The notes beneath the pieces are model-generated. The model was not told the origin of the DNA. It did not search any database and was given only the letters and a program-made list of their open reading frames with translations. Below, piece by piece: positions 1 through 12,115 of a stretch of DNA of 64,000 nucleotides. Location of the stretch: assembly GCA_003224055.1 (NCBI GenBank), contig QHYE01000060.1, positions 739-64,738 of the forward strand. The letters run 5' to 3'. This DNA is from Acidobacteriota bacterium. Its GTDB lineage: Bacteria; Acidobacteriota; Terriglobia; Acidiferrales; UBA7541. Each line of letters begins with the position of its first letter. Positions within the stretch are counted from its first letter, which is position 1. A program made the translations under genes and the position numbers.

Positions 1-2358
1 CACGGTGAGCATCAGTGTCACCAGCGAGTCTTTGATTTGCTCGTTTTCAAGTTCTTCGAGATTCTGCGTGGTGATTTTGTGTTCCTTGGCGATGATCTCG
101 AAGTCCGGCTGGACGGCGTCCATGCTGACGACGTAATCGTCTTTGTCGAGGTCCATGCCATTCACCCCACCGGCGTTGCGGCCCATCGGACGCACTTCCG
201 TTTCGCGGAACAGAATCGCCTGGCCTTCGTGGCTGGCCAGGAAAATCATTTTCTTGCCGTCGGTGAGTTTCGCGCCGATGAGTTCGTCCTTGCCGTCCAA
301 GGTGATGGCGATGATGCCAGTGGACCGCGGGTTGGAGAATTCCGTCAGCGTGGACTTTTTAACCGTGCCGCTCTTCGTAGCCATGAAAACGAATTTGTCC
401 GCTTCTTCCAGGCTGCGCGCCGCGACCAGCGCGGTCAGTTTTTCGTCTTCCTGGAATTTCACGAGGCTCGAAATGGCTTTTCCGCGGGTGGCCGCCGCCG
501 CTTCCGGCAATTCATAGACCTTCAGCCAGTAGACGCGGCCCTTGGACGTGAACAGCAGGATGTAGCTATGCGCCGAGGCGATGAACAGATACTCAACGAA
601 ATCTTCTTCCTTTGTCTTCGCGCCGATGCGGCCCTTGCCCCCGCGCGATTGGTGGCGATACGTGTCCGCAGCCGTGCGCTTGATATAGCCCGCATGGCTC
701 ACGGTTATCAGCATCTCGGTGTCAGCAATCAGGTCTTCCAGCTTGATTTCGTCGACCTTGTCGACAATCTGCGTGCGGCGGTCGTCGCCGTAGGCTTTGT
801 GCACTTCGCGCAGCTCCGCGGTGATGACCTGCTTGAGTTTCTTGTCGCTCGCCAGAATCTCGCGCAACTCGGCGATCAATTCACGGATGGACTTCAATTC
901 CTTGAGGATTTCGTCGATGGAGAGCTGCGTCAGCCGGTGCAGTTGTAATTCCAGGATGGCGTCGATCTGCGCATAACTGAGGCCAAGCGCGTTTCCGCGA
1001 CCTGCCGCTTCGATTTCCGGCGCTCCCAGCGCGCGGTACTTCCGGCCGTCTAACTTGACACCCTCGAGTTTCCTCGACTTTCCGTTTTCCGTGATGGTGA
1101 CGTCCTGTTCGCTGAAGTACTTGAACAGGTTTTCCTTGGCGTCCACACGGCTGGAAGAACCGCGAATAATCCGGATTACGTTGTCGAGATGATCTAGGGC
1201 GATTTGATAGCCGAGCAAAATGTGCTCGCGCTGTTCGGCTCTCTTCAGCTCGAAAATCGTCCGGCGGCGGATCACGTCGATGCGGTGCTCGATGAAGAGC
1301 TTGATCATGGGGATCAAGCCCAGCTCGCGCGGCTGCCCGCCGACAATGGAGAGCAGAATCATGCCGAAGGATTCCTGCATCTGAGTGTGCTTGAAAAGAT
1401 TGTTGAGGATGAGCTGCGACTCTTCGCTGCGCTTCAGCTCGATGACGATGCGCATGCCCTCGCGTGAAGATTCGTCGCGCACGTCGGAAATGCCTTCGAG
1501 CTTCTTGGTTTGGACCAGCTCGGCGATGCGCTCGATCAGCCGCGCTTTATTCACCTGGTACGGAATTTCCGTGATGATGATGCTTTCGCGGTCTTTGGTG
1601 GTCTCTTCGATGGCGGCCTTGGCGCGCATGGTGAAGCTGCCGCGGCCCGTCTTGTATGCAGCTTCGATGCCTTCGCGGCCCGCGATGTACGCCCCGGTCG
1701 GGAAGTCCGGGCCTGGAACGATTTTCATTATTTCTTTCAGCGTCGCATCGGGCTTTTCGATCAGCAGAATCGCGGCGTCCACGATCTCGCGCAGATTATG
1801 CGGCGGGATGTTCGTGGCCATGCCGACAGCGATGCCGCTCGCGCCATTGATCAGCAGATTCGGGATGCGCGAGGGCAGGACGACGGGCTCTTCGCGCGTC
1901 TGATCGAAGTTCGGAATAAAATCGACCGTTTCTTTTTCCAGGTCAGCGAGAATGTCTTCCGAAATTTTTGCTAGCCGTGCTTCGGTGTACCGCATGGCCG
2001 CCGGCGGATCGCCGTCAACGGATCCGAAGTTTCCCTGCCCATCGACCAACGGGTAGCGCATGTTGAAGTCTTGCGCGAGACGTACCATCGCGGGATAAAT
2101 CACCGCTTCGCCGTGCGGGTGGTAGTTGCCAGAAGTGTCGCCGCAAATCTTGGCGCATTTGCGGTAGCCGCGGTTCGAAGCGAGGCCGAGGTCGTTCATG
2201 GCCACCAGGATGCGGCGCTGCACCGGCTTCAACCCGTCGCGCACGTCGGGCAGCGCGCGCGCGATGATCACGCTCATCGCATAGTCGAGATACGACTTGC
2301 GCATCTCCGCTTCGATATCGATCGGAAGCAGTACTGATGTATTTGTTTCGTCCGCCAT
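1..2358 (-). CDS. gyrA: DNA gyrase subunit A (3' end runs off the window)
   Basis: Absent from the ORF track because there is no stop in the window. Manual translation from ATG at 2358 gives [51 protein letters not shown]...YHPHGE...[20 protein letters not shown] (catalytic Tyr). A GyrA-box-like QSRGGKG lies near 630-650. GAGGGG RBS upstream. Confidence 0.97.
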   Translation of the reverse strand, partial: MADETNTSVLLPIDIEAEMRKSYLDYAMSVIIARALPDVRDGLKPVQRRILVAMNDLGLASNRGYRKCAKICGDTSGNYHPHGEAVIYPAMVRLAQDFNMRYPLVDGQGNFGSVDGDPPAAMRYTEARLAKISEDILADLEKETVDFIPNFDQTREEPVVLPSRIPNLLINGASGIAVGMATNIPPHNLREIVDAAILLIEKPDATLKEIMKIVPGPDFPTGAYIAGREGIEAAYKTGRGSFTMRAKAAIEETTKDRESIIITEIPYQVNKARLIERIAELVQTKKLEGISDVRDESSREGMRIVIELKRSEESQLILNNLFKHTQMQESFGMILLSIVGGQPRELGLIPMIKLFIEHRIDVIRRRTIFELKRAEQREHILLGYQIALDHLDNVIRIIRGSSSRVDAKENLFKYFSEQDVTITENGKSRKLEGVKLDGRKYRALGAPEIEAAGRGNALGLSYAQIDAILELQLHRLTQLSIDEILKELKSIRELIAELREILASDKKLKQVITAELREVHKAYGDDRRTQIVDKVDEIKLEDLIADTEMLITVSHAGYIKRTAADTYRHQSRGGKGRIGAKTKEEDFVEYLFIASAHSYILLFTSKGRVYWLKVYELPEAAAATRGKAISSLVKFQEDEKLTALVAARSLEEADKFVFMATKSGTVKKSTLTEFSNPRSTGIIAITLDGKDELIGAKLTDGKKMIFLASHEGQAILFRETEVRPMGRNAGGVNGMDLDKDDYVVSMDAVQPDFEIIAKEHKITTQNLEELENEQIKDSLVTLMLTV

Positions 2359-2410
2359 TTCCCCTCGCTCCATTGCCCCTTCAGGGGCCGAAACTCTGCT
2401 TTGGCAAACC

Positions 2411-2439
2411 TTGCCGAGTTACCGTACTTTCGCTAGCAT
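2411..2439 (+). promoter_or_regulatory. Putative sigma70 promoter for a leaderless hicB-hicA transcript
   Basis: TTGCCG (2411-2416), 17 bp spacer, TAGCAT (2434-2439). The ATG at 2446 starts 7 nt after the -10 and has no SD. Confidence 0.5.
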
Positions 2440-2445
2440 CTGCTT

Positions 2446-2660
2446 ATGACCTACCGCTTCTCAGCACTCATCACAAAAGAAGACGGCTGGTACGTGGCTC
2501 GATGCCCCGAGCTGAACGTGACCTCCCAGGGCAAGATGTTGAGAGCGCTCGTGCCAACCTCGGCGAAGCCATCGAGCTTTACCTCGAAACATGGGGCCTC
2601 CCTGAAGAAGGGCCAACCGAAGACCCGTCGTTCTGGACGACCGTCGAAGTCTCGCATTGA
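2446..2660 (+). pseudogene. hicB: HicB-family antitoxin with a 1-nt frameshift near 2530-2536
   Basis: MTYRFSALITKEDGWYVARCPELNVTSQG is in one frame and DVESARANLGEAIELYLETWG...TTVEVSH* in another. Joined, they give a typical ~71-aa HicB. Confidence 0.8.
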
Positions 2661-2661
2661 C

Positions 2662-2880
2662 ATGCCCAAGCTGCCGAGCGTCTCGGGCGAGCGCGTCGTT
2701 CGCGCCTTGAAGCGCGCCGGATTCTCCGAGTTGCGGCAAAAGGGCAGTCATGTTTCCTTAGAAAAACGCACCGTGGATCAGGTCTTCAAGACCGTTGTCC
2801 CGGTGCATTCCCAACTTGCCAAAGGCACTCTCGCGGACATCCTCAAGCAATGTGGCCTCAAACTTGAAGAATTCCTCTAG
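2662..2880 (+). CDS. hicA: HicA-family mRNA interferase toxin
   Basis: MPKLPSVSGERVVRALKRAGFSELRQKGSHVSL...VPVHSQLAKGTLADILKQCG; GSH motif; ATG 1 nt after the hicB TGA. Confidence 0.9.
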   Translation: MPKLPSVSGERVVRALKRAGFSELRQKGSHVSLEKRTVDQVFKTVVPVHSQLAKGTLADILKQCGLKLEEFL

Positions 2881-2892
2881 TTTCTATAAGAA

Positions 2893-3141
2893 TTATCTCT
2901 TGGCGACTTGCTCCAACACGTAAGCCTTTACCGTGTCGAAGGCATCCGCTGTATTTGTAAAGCGCCGAACCGCAAAATACTCTTCGAGCTGCCGCAAGAA
3001 CGCATCGCGCTCAGCATCACTTGCAAACTCAATCGCCACGCCTCGTTCGTTGTCCGGCGCAGTTGTCGGCGTCGCGCGAAATTCGCTCACGCTCAGTCCG
3101 CGCAGCCCGGGCAACGTCGCCCATCCCAGTTGATAGATCAC
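2893..3141 (-). CDS. Hypothetical 82-aa protein
   Basis: Protein-like composition; the start overlaps the stop of the upstream ORF; co-oriented with gyrB. Confidence 0.65.
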   Translation of the reverse strand: MIYQLGWATLPGLRGLSVSEFRATPTTAPDNERGVAIEFASDAERDAFLRQLEEYFAVRRFTNTADAFDTVKAYVLEQVAKR

Positions 3142-3410
3142 GGCTGGCTCTTGCCACGTGGCCGCAAAACAAAAAAAACAGCCAGGCCGATGGCCGTGAC
3201 AATCAACAAGCCGATCGATTCCACAAGCAAGAAAGTCCGCCAGCCTTCTGCGCCCGAAGAGTCACCGAGGCGCAAGGCCTCCCGCCAATTTCGAAAATAG
3301 TGGGCCAGCCTCGGCAAACGAAAACCGATGGTGGCCGTTGCCGCCAGCAGCAAGCCCCAGCGGATAGCGTTGCGAATGGAACCAGCATCCGTGTTGGCTT
3401 GCGCCGCCAC
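3138..3410 (-). CDS. Hypothetical small membrane protein (2 TM)
   Basis: Two hydrophobic segments; GTG start 3 nt after the gyrB stop. Confidence 0.55.
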   Translation of the reverse strand: MAAQANTDAGSIRNAIRWGLLLAATATIGFRLPRLAHYFRNWREALRLGDSSGAEGWRTFLLVESIGLLIVTAIGLAVFFVLRPRGKSQP

Positions 3411-3413
3411 GCG

Positions 3414-6113
<2,700 letters not shown>

Positions 6114-6176
6114 TCACATCTGCCTGGCGGACGTGTCGATTTGAAGGGCACCGAAACTCTAATCGACAGCCTCTAG

Positions 6177-6205
6177 AGTGTACCCGATCTCATCCTTTTT
6201 CTCAA
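6177..6205 (-). promoter_or_regulatory. Putative sigma70 promoter upstream of gyrB
   Basis: Minus strand TTGAGA, 17 bp spacer, TACACT. Confidence 0.5.
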
Positions 6206-6286
6206 GACTTGGACACTCTTTTATGTCGCGATAACCGCTTCATTTACATGTGCTTAGGGAGTGGCCTACCTCGCTGGATGGAAAAG

Positions 6287-6315
6287 AAAAAAGGCGCCCA
6301 AGTGAGCACCTTTTT
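6287..6315 (-). terminator. Intrinsic terminator after dnaN
   Basis: Minus strand AGGTGCTCA-CT-TGGGCGCCT hairpin (with G-U pairs) followed by a T run. Confidence 0.7.
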
Positions 6316-6343
6316 CACAGAGAAAGTAGTGCTTCGCGACCTG

Positions 6344-7456
6344 TCAGATGCGCATGGGCATGATGATGTAGCGGTAGCGGTAAGACTCGTCGGCGAGCGG
6401 ACGCATCTGGCCGGCGGATTGTTCGTCCTTCAGCTCGATGCTGATCGGCCCATCGGCGGCGGCGGCGAGAAAATCTAGCATGTAGCTGGAATTGAAGCCG
6501 ATGGCGATGGGATCACCCTTGTAATCTTTCTCGATATTTTCCTTGGCTTCGCCGTACTCCGGGCTCGAGGCGGAGATCTCGATGCCTTCTTTTGAAACAG
6601 CCAGCTTCACGGCGTGCGAACGCTGGTCGGAAAGTTGCGAGACGCGGCGCACAGCGTCGCTCAATTCGGCGCGCTCGATAACCACGCTCTTGTTGTTGTC
6701 ACGCGGCAACACCGCTTCGTAATTCGGAAATTGTCCAGTGAGAATGCGCGAAATCAACAAGCGATGGCCCACTTGGAAGAAGAGATGGCTTTCGTCTTTC
6801 GCAAACTCGATGTGCGCATCGGAACCGGCAGCGCTGGACAGCTTTTCAACTTCATCCATCGCTTTCTTGGGAATAAGCACCTTTACTTCGCCATTCAGTC
6901 CTGCGAGTTTGTGATCCGTCTCGGCAAGCGCCAGCCGATGGCCATCCGTCGCCACCATGGCTAACGTGTCTGGTTTCAGAATCAGAAGACCACCATTCAG
7001 CGTATAGCGCGACTCTTCCATGGAGATGGCAAATTTGGTTTTACCAATCAGGTTCTCAAGAATCGGAGCGGGGATTTTCACTAGTGTGTGAGGCATTGCC
7101 GGCAGCGCGGGAAAATTTTCCTTGGCCATGCCCACGAGCTTGTATTTCTTCCTGTCGCTGACGATCTCCACCCAGTGATTCTCAAGGAGCTTGACCTTAA
7201 TCTCGCCTTCGGGCAGCAAACGAACGAGCTCCAGTAGTTTCTTTGCAGGAATGGTTCCCGCGCCCTCTTTCTTGATCTTGGCCTCGCAAGACGTTCGAAT
7301 GCTTAGTTCGAGGTCCGTCGCCGTGATCGTCAGGCTACTTCCTTTAGCCTCAACCAGGAGATTCGAAAGAATGGGAATGGTCGTCTTACGCTCGACGACG
7401 CCTTGGGTTGTGCTGAGCTCATTTAGTAGCGCGGACTTTGTGACGCTGAATTCCAT
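6344..7456 (-). CDS. dnaN: DNA polymerase III beta sliding clamp
   Basis: MEFSVTKSALLNEL...TIPILSNLL...ATDLE...VATDGHRLA...YIIMPMRI; GAGGA RBS. Confidence 0.98.
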   Translation of the reverse strand: MEFSVTKSALLNELSTTQGVVERKTTIPILSNLLVEAKGSSLTITATDLELSIRTSCEAKIKKEGAGTIPAKKLLELVRLLPEGEIKVKLLENHWVEIVSDRKKYKLVGMAKENFPALPAMPHTLVKIPAPILENLIGKTKFAISMEESRYTLNGGLLILKPDTLAMVATDGHRLALAETDHKLAGLNGEVKVLIPKKAMDEVEKLSSAAGSDAHIEFAKDESHLFFQVGHRLLISRILTGQFPNYEAVLPRDNNKSVVIERAELSDAVRRVSQLSDQRSHAVKLAVSKEGIEISASSPEYGEAKENIEKDYKGDPIAIGFNSSYMLDFLAAAADGPISIELKDEQSAGQMRPLADESYRYRYIIMPMRI

Positions 7457-7599
7457 CGCTTCATGTTCCTCGCGTGCCGTTCCAGGTGCGGTCATTGTGA
7501 CTTTGTCCTCAGTCAGGGCGGGGGCGCGCCCTATCTTGCTTGAAATCTACCGCTGCCGTACTGTACTCGCTTTTTGCCAAAGTATAAAGTCCGCTTATT

Positions 7600-7930
7600 G
7601 ACTATCCATTGTGGAAATCAGTGGGAAACACACTTTCACCCCCTTTCGAATTGATATGAAATTCTCTCACCCCCAAAAACCATAACTACAATCACAACAA
7701 AGAGAGTGTTTCAATTTATAAATCTATAAGGCTTGTTGTTGTGATGAGCGCTGTGAATCTGTGGAAAGCCCACTAACTTCCATCACCTCCATTCTTTCGC
7801 GCACTCCTATTCCCGCGCACGCTTTGTGGAAACCCCGGAAATCTTCGCTCTTTTACTTAGTTTTACACCAAGGCGTCTCGATCCATACACGCCCATCCAC
7901 AAAAATTCCACAACTTCCGCAGAGCTTCTC
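7600..7930. other. Replication origin oriC (dnaA-dnaN intergenic): DnaA boxes, trio-like tracts and AT-rich unwinding element
   Basis: Box-like 9-mers at 7610-7618, 7760-7768, 7825-7833, 7893-7901, 7904-7912 and 7913-7921. Minus strand reads CTTTCCACA-GATTCACA-GCGC-TCA TCA CAA CAA CAA, then AT-rich TTATAGATTTATAAATTGA (7711-7729). Confidence 0.85.
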
Positions 7931-8058
7931 CATAAGGCAAAAACTCCGGGATTCGCTAATGAGGTGGAAGTGCACATCGAGCGGCAAGAGAAAATATTTC
8001 ATATCGTGCGATAGGCCAGTAGGGATGCAGAAGAAGGAGAGAGGGAAAAGCAGGTGAA

Positions 8059-9417
8059 CTACTGCAACGCGTCCAACAAACGAGTAATCGTCCGGTTCAA
8101 ATCCTTGTCGGACCGCCGCATCTCCTCGATCTTGTTGATCGAGTGCAGCACGGTCGTATGATGCTTGCCGCCGAACTGCCGGCCGATCTCTGGCAGCGAG
8201 GCGGTCGTGAGTTGCTTCACGATATACATCGCCACCTGCCGCGGGAAGGCGATCGCCCGCGTATTGCTACGGACCTTCAAGTCCTGTTCGCGCAGGTTAA
8301 AATGCTCGCTCACGCGCTTCTGGATGAGATCAATCGTGACGCGTTTTTCCTGTGAAGCGATGATGTTCCGCAACACCTGCTGCGCCGTCGAAAGCGAGAT
8401 CGTGGCGCCGGTTAGCGAAGCATAAGCCATCAGCCGCGTCAGTGCGCCTTCCAGCTCGCGCACGTTGGATTTGATGGCCCTCGCAATGTATTCCGCCACA
8501 TCGTCCGGCAAACCGAAGCGGTCGTTCTCCGCTTTCTTCTGTAGAATCGCGATTTTGGTCTCCAGGTCTGGCGCCTGGATATCGGCGATCAATCCCCATT
8601 CGAACCGCGAACGCAGCCGCTCCTCGATGGAGTTGATGTCCTTTGGCAGGCAGTCCGAGGAGATCACGATCTGTTTCTGCTGCTCGTAGAGCGCATTGAA
8701 CGTGTGAAAAAACTCTTCCTGCGTCCGCTCTTTTCCGGCAATGAACTGAATGTCATCCACCAGCAGGACATCCACCGTGTGGAAGCGGTCCCGGAAGCTG
8801 ATCATGCGGTCAAAGCGCAGGGAATTGATCACTTCGATCGTGAATTTCTCCGCGCTGACGTAACTGAGCCGCATCGCGGGATTGCGTTTCTTGATCGTGT
8901 GTCCGATGGCATGCATCAAATGCGTCTTGCCCATGCCCACGCCGCCGTAAAGGAAGAGCGGGTTGTAAGCTTTCGAAGGCTGCTCCGCCACAGCGCGCGC
9001 CGCAGCATGCGCGAATTCGTTGGACTTTCCGACGACAAAGGAATCGAACGTATAGCGCGTGTTCAGTTGATGGTCGCTGCTCTCAAAATCCAGCTTGGCC
9101 TGCTTCCCTCCGGAGACGACCGGCGCGGCATGCACCGGCTCTTCTTCGGTGCAGACGTACTGCACCTTTACGCTGGGGGTGCCAAGCTCGTGAAAGACGG
9201 CCTTCACGATTTCGCCGTATGTGCGCGTCAGCACCTGCCGGAATACGGCGCTGGGAATCTGTACAAAGAGGGTTTCGCCCTCGGCGCGGTTCAACCGCGT
9301 GGGCTGGAACCAGGTCGTGTAGGTATTCGTGCTGACCCGGGACTTCACCCGCTCGAGGAATTTTTCCCAGGCATTGGCTGTTTCGCGCTCCCGCCCAGTT
9401 TGAGTTGCAGTTGTCAT
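8059..9417 (-). CDS. dnaA: Chromosomal replication initiator DnaA
   Basis: YNPLFLYGGVGMGKTHL Walker A, LLVDDIQF, ERLRSRFEWGL, domain IV SLPEIGRQFGGKHHTTVLH. Start placed at ATG 9417. Confidence 0.98.
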   Translation of the reverse strand: MTTATQTGRERETANAWEKFLERVKSRVSTNTYTTWFQPTRLNRAEGETLFVQIPSAVFRQVLTRTYGEIVKAVFHELGTPSVKVQYVCTEEEPVHAAPVVSGGKQAKLDFESSDHQLNTRYTFDSFVVGKSNEFAHAAARAVAEQPSKAYNPLFLYGGVGMGKTHLMHAIGHTIKKRNPAMRLSYVSAEKFTIEVINSLRFDRMISFRDRFHTVDVLLVDDIQFIAGKERTQEEFFHTFNALYEQQKQIVISSDCLPKDINSIEERLRSRFEWGLIADIQAPDLETKIAILQKKAENDRFGLPDDVAEYIARAIKSNVRELEGALTRLMAYASLTGATISLSTAQQVLRNIIASQEKRVTIDLIQKRVSEHFNLREQDLKVRSNTRAIAFPRQVAMYIVKQLTTASLPEIGRQFGGKHHTTVLHSINKIEEMRRSDKDLNRTITRLLDALQ

Positions 9418-9442
9418 CGGAGAGAAAAGAAAACCCTCTGCT

Positions 9443-9693
9443 ATTTCCACAGATGTGAAAAAGCTGTGGAAAGCATTCTTATCTGCGTCTTTCTTCAGGC
9501 TTCGGGATTCTGCCCGTGCCGGAACGCTGTGCTTTGCCCCTGTCGCTCCGTGCACGGCCCGTCCGGGATTGCCGGCCCATGTACCGCCGCTATGAGACAG
9601 CGCGGGATTGTCTCTGATTGGCGCGTAGGGAGCAAGCGAAAAGTGTGCGAAGAGATGCACCGCCGTTCACACACCATGCACAGCTTTTCCACA
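9443..9693. promoter_or_regulatory. DnaA-box cluster upstream of dnaA (autoregulation or second half of a bipartite oriC)
   Basis: ATTTCCACA 9443-9451, TGTGAAAAA 9454-9462, TGTGGAAAG 9465-9473, CCATGCACA 9674-9682, TTTTCCACA 9685-9693. Confidence 0.7.
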
Positions 9694-9817
9694 TGCGCAC
9701 TCTTTGTGCAATTCCTCACTGTATCCGCAATTTTCGCGGCATATTCCACTTAAATTTGACGCTGAGAACATTCCTTGCACAGGTTTCATGCAACTGAGCC
9801 TGAGGAAAACATATTTT

Positions 9818-10834
9818 TTATTGGGCTTTTTTGTCGGGCCGGCTGAATTCGTAAATTCCCAGCGGGTCTTCTCCGATGAGCAGCCGGTCCGGCTCGACGA
9901 GAATGGTGTTGGCTTCTAGCCGCGCACCCTGTGGGGTGTAGATCTTGTAGCTCGCGCGCCGGTTTCCTTCCTTATCAAAGCGCAGGAGCGTGTTATTCAA
10001 GGCGATCCACACTTCACCGTTCGAACGATCAACCCCCACCGCCGTGAGGATGCGTTTCAGCGAAGGGGGATCGCCGCGGCGCTCCTGCCGCTCGATTTCC
10101 TTGCGCGTAGCCTGCGCGGCGGGCCAGGCGTCAAGCGCCGTATATTGAATATCTTGCCGCGCATAGCCAAGCCGGTCGAATTGCCTCACCGTGGGCTCCG
10201 GCAAATACGCAAAGGCATAGTAGAGATGGCCCTGGCCGTCGGTGGCCATCTCCCCGATATTGAGGTAGCGATTCAGATCCGGACGTTCAGCAATCGGCTC
10301 CGGCTCGCCAAACTCCCTCACGTCTCGTCCGTTCTTGTCGAAAACGATCACCAAGTTCGGTTCGCGGAGTGTGCCCACCGCGACCTCGCCTTCCGGCAGA
10401 GCAGCCACCGCGACCGGAGCCTTCACGGGAATCGAACGAAGAAGCGTGCCCTCGGGCGAGAAAACCTGGACGAGGTTCGCGCCGCGATCTGCCACATAAA
10501 TCTTACCCTGGGCGTCCGCGTCGCAATCCTCGCCGAAAGTGATCGGCGGATGATCCCCCTTGGATGCCGTTGAACCCGGCGCAAGTTCAGCGATGCTCAG
10601 TACCTGCTTGCCCGCCGCATCAAACACCACCAATCCCGGCGAAGGCGACGCCAAAATATGTAGCCGCCCATCACCCCCACGCTTCACCGTGCGCAGCCCC
10701 GGCCCGATACCCGGAAAGACCCTGCGCTGAGCCGTCAGCTCGCCTTCCTCCTGAGCCAGGACCCTCCCGGCCAGGCACGCCAGCAGACACAGCACCGCAA
10801 CAATTTTCACGATCGGCCCCACCCTCTTTTTCAT
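9818..10834 (-). CDS. Secreted NHL-repeat/beta-propeller protein
   Basis: Signal peptide; DAQGKIYVADRGANLVQVFSPEG NHL-type repeat. Confidence 0.75.
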   Translation of the reverse strand: MKKRVGPIVKIVAVLCLLACLAGRVLAQEEGELTAQRRVFPGIGPGLRTVKRGGDGRLHILASPSPGLVVFDAAGKQVLSIAELAPGSTASKGDHPPITFGEDCDADAQGKIYVADRGANLVQVFSPEGTLLRSIPVKAPVAVAALPEGEVAVGTLREPNLVIVFDKNGRDVREFGEPEPIAERPDLNRYLNIGEMATDGQGHLYYAFAYLPEPTVRQFDRLGYARQDIQYTALDAWPAAQATRKEIERQERRGDPPSLKRILTAVGVDRSNGEVWIALNNTLLRFDKEGNRRASYKIYTPQGARLEANTILVEPDRLLIGEDPLGIYEFSRPDKKAQ

Positions 10835-10897
10835 GAAAGCTCAGATTACTACGGACGCACGCAGGTTGCCCTGCGTTGCACGTCGGGCTCGTACAGA

Positions 10898-11701
10898 TTA
10901 GTCAACGCCGAGGCGCAATCGCTCAATGGAGCGCGCGCGGAGGCGGCCTAGGGCATTGCGCGGGCCTTCATCGTCGGTTTCGATCAGGATGCAGTTCATC
11001 TGCACGTCGCCGGTGGCGACCTCGAATCGGGCCGGCAAACCGTTCAGGAATTTCGCGATGATGCCGTTGCGGTCCATGCCGATCACGCCGCCGTGGGGCC
11101 CGGTCATGCCAACGTCCGTGATGTAGGCCGTGCCTTCCGGAAAAACGTGCTCGTCCGCCGTCGCAACATGCGTGTGCGTGCCCACCACCGCGCTGACGCG
11201 CCCATCGAGATACCAGCCCATCGCCAGTTTCTCGCTGCTGGCTTCCGCGTGCATGTCCACCAGAACGAAAGCAACGTCTTCCGGAATTTTCGCCAGCTCG
11301 CTGTCCGCCTTTCGAAACGGATCATCAATCGGCGTCATGAACACGCGTCCCTGTAAATTCAGCACAGCAAATTTCACGCCGTTCTTCGCCGTTCCAATGT
11401 AGAGCCCGCTTCCCGGATTGCCCTCCGGGAAATTCGCCGGCCTCAACAGCCGCGGTTCGTGCGGCAGGAATTCCAGGATTTCTTTGCGGTCCCAGCTGTG
11501 ATTTCCCCCGGAAATCACGGCAATCCCCAGGTTCAGCAGCTCTTCCGCGAGCCGCGGTGTGATCCCGAACCCCGACGCCGAATTTTCGCCGTTGGCGATC
11601 ACCAGGTCGACCTGCCGCTGCGCGACGATGTCCGCCAGTCGGTCGCGAACGATCTGCCGTCCCGGCGACCCTACGATGTCCCCTACAAAAAGTACGCGCA
11701 T
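10898..11701 (-). CDS. ymdB: TIGR00282-family metallophosphoesterase (YmdB)
   Basis: MRVLFVGDIVGSPGR, ANGENSASG, GNHSWD, DMHAEASSEK, GTHTHV, ITDVGMTGP. Confidence 0.93.
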   Translation of the reverse strand: MRVLFVGDIVGSPGRQIVRDRLADIVAQRQVDLVIANGENSASGFGITPRLAEELLNLGIAVISGGNHSWDRKEILEFLPHEPRLLRPANFPEGNPGSGLYIGTAKNGVKFAVLNLQGRVFMTPIDDPFRKADSELAKIPEDVAFVLVDMHAEASSEKLAMGWYLDGRVSAVVGTHTHVATADEHVFPEGTAYITDVGMTGPHGGVIGMDRNGIIAKFLNGLPARFEVATGDVQMNCILIETDDEGPRNALGRLRARSIERLRLGVD

Positions 11702-11785
11702 GTTCCTGGTGACTTTTGTGCCTCGGCCGAGTCGCAGAAGGAGGCCGCATAGCTCTCCTCGGCGGAACTTACCTGATAGAGAAAT

Positions 11786-12017
11786 GGAGCGGACTGCTAG
11801 GCCGTGGGGCGCTAGGCCGTGAACCTCTGAAATAGTAGGGCGCCACGAGCCAACCGTTAGGCTTTCCTGCCCCGCTCGCGTGTCGTCCTCCTCCCTACCG
11901 GAAGAGACGCGCCAGCGGGACAGGCCGTGCACACGGGCTGTCTATCCGCAGCACCTCAGAGATTCGTCATTGGTTCAAACAGCTTTCGCACCCTCACTTG
12001 CTTCGAAGTACCGCTCC
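11786..12017 (-). ncRNA. ssrS: Probable 6S RNA with an extended apical hairpin
   Basis: Terminal pairing GGAGCGG/CCGCTCC; internal TGAACC/GGTTCA and CTCTGA/TCAGAG pairings in a rod-like fold. TACAAT -10 (12024-12029) lies just upstream. Position directly upstream of ymdB is a common ssrS context. Confidence 0.75.
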
Positions 12018-12115
12018 GCCTCCATTGTAGCCTCCGCGCAGATGCCGCGTCCAACCGCCGCCCAGTTCCGCAGTCAAAGGATTAGCTCCGCCAAAGACCG
12101 AAGTCGGAGTTAGAA

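Noticed and set aside
37..2337. Long plus-strand ORFs (e.g. 37-948) over gyrA, and similar antisense ORFs over gyrB, pheT, thrS and the ADOP genes
   Set aside because: Shadow ORFs expected from high-GC codon bias; the opposite strand encodes clear conserved proteins.
2446..2880. 144-aa ORF as a genuine novel fusion protein
   Set aside because: The middle segment is out-of-frame hicB sequence; a single indel explains it better.
9418..9660. N-terminal extensions given by the ORF track for dnaA (also gyrB, ymdB, zapA, padR)
   Set aside because: The extensions overlap DnaA boxes, the ncRNA or other genes and are not protein-like; the downstream starts fit homology and usually an RBS.
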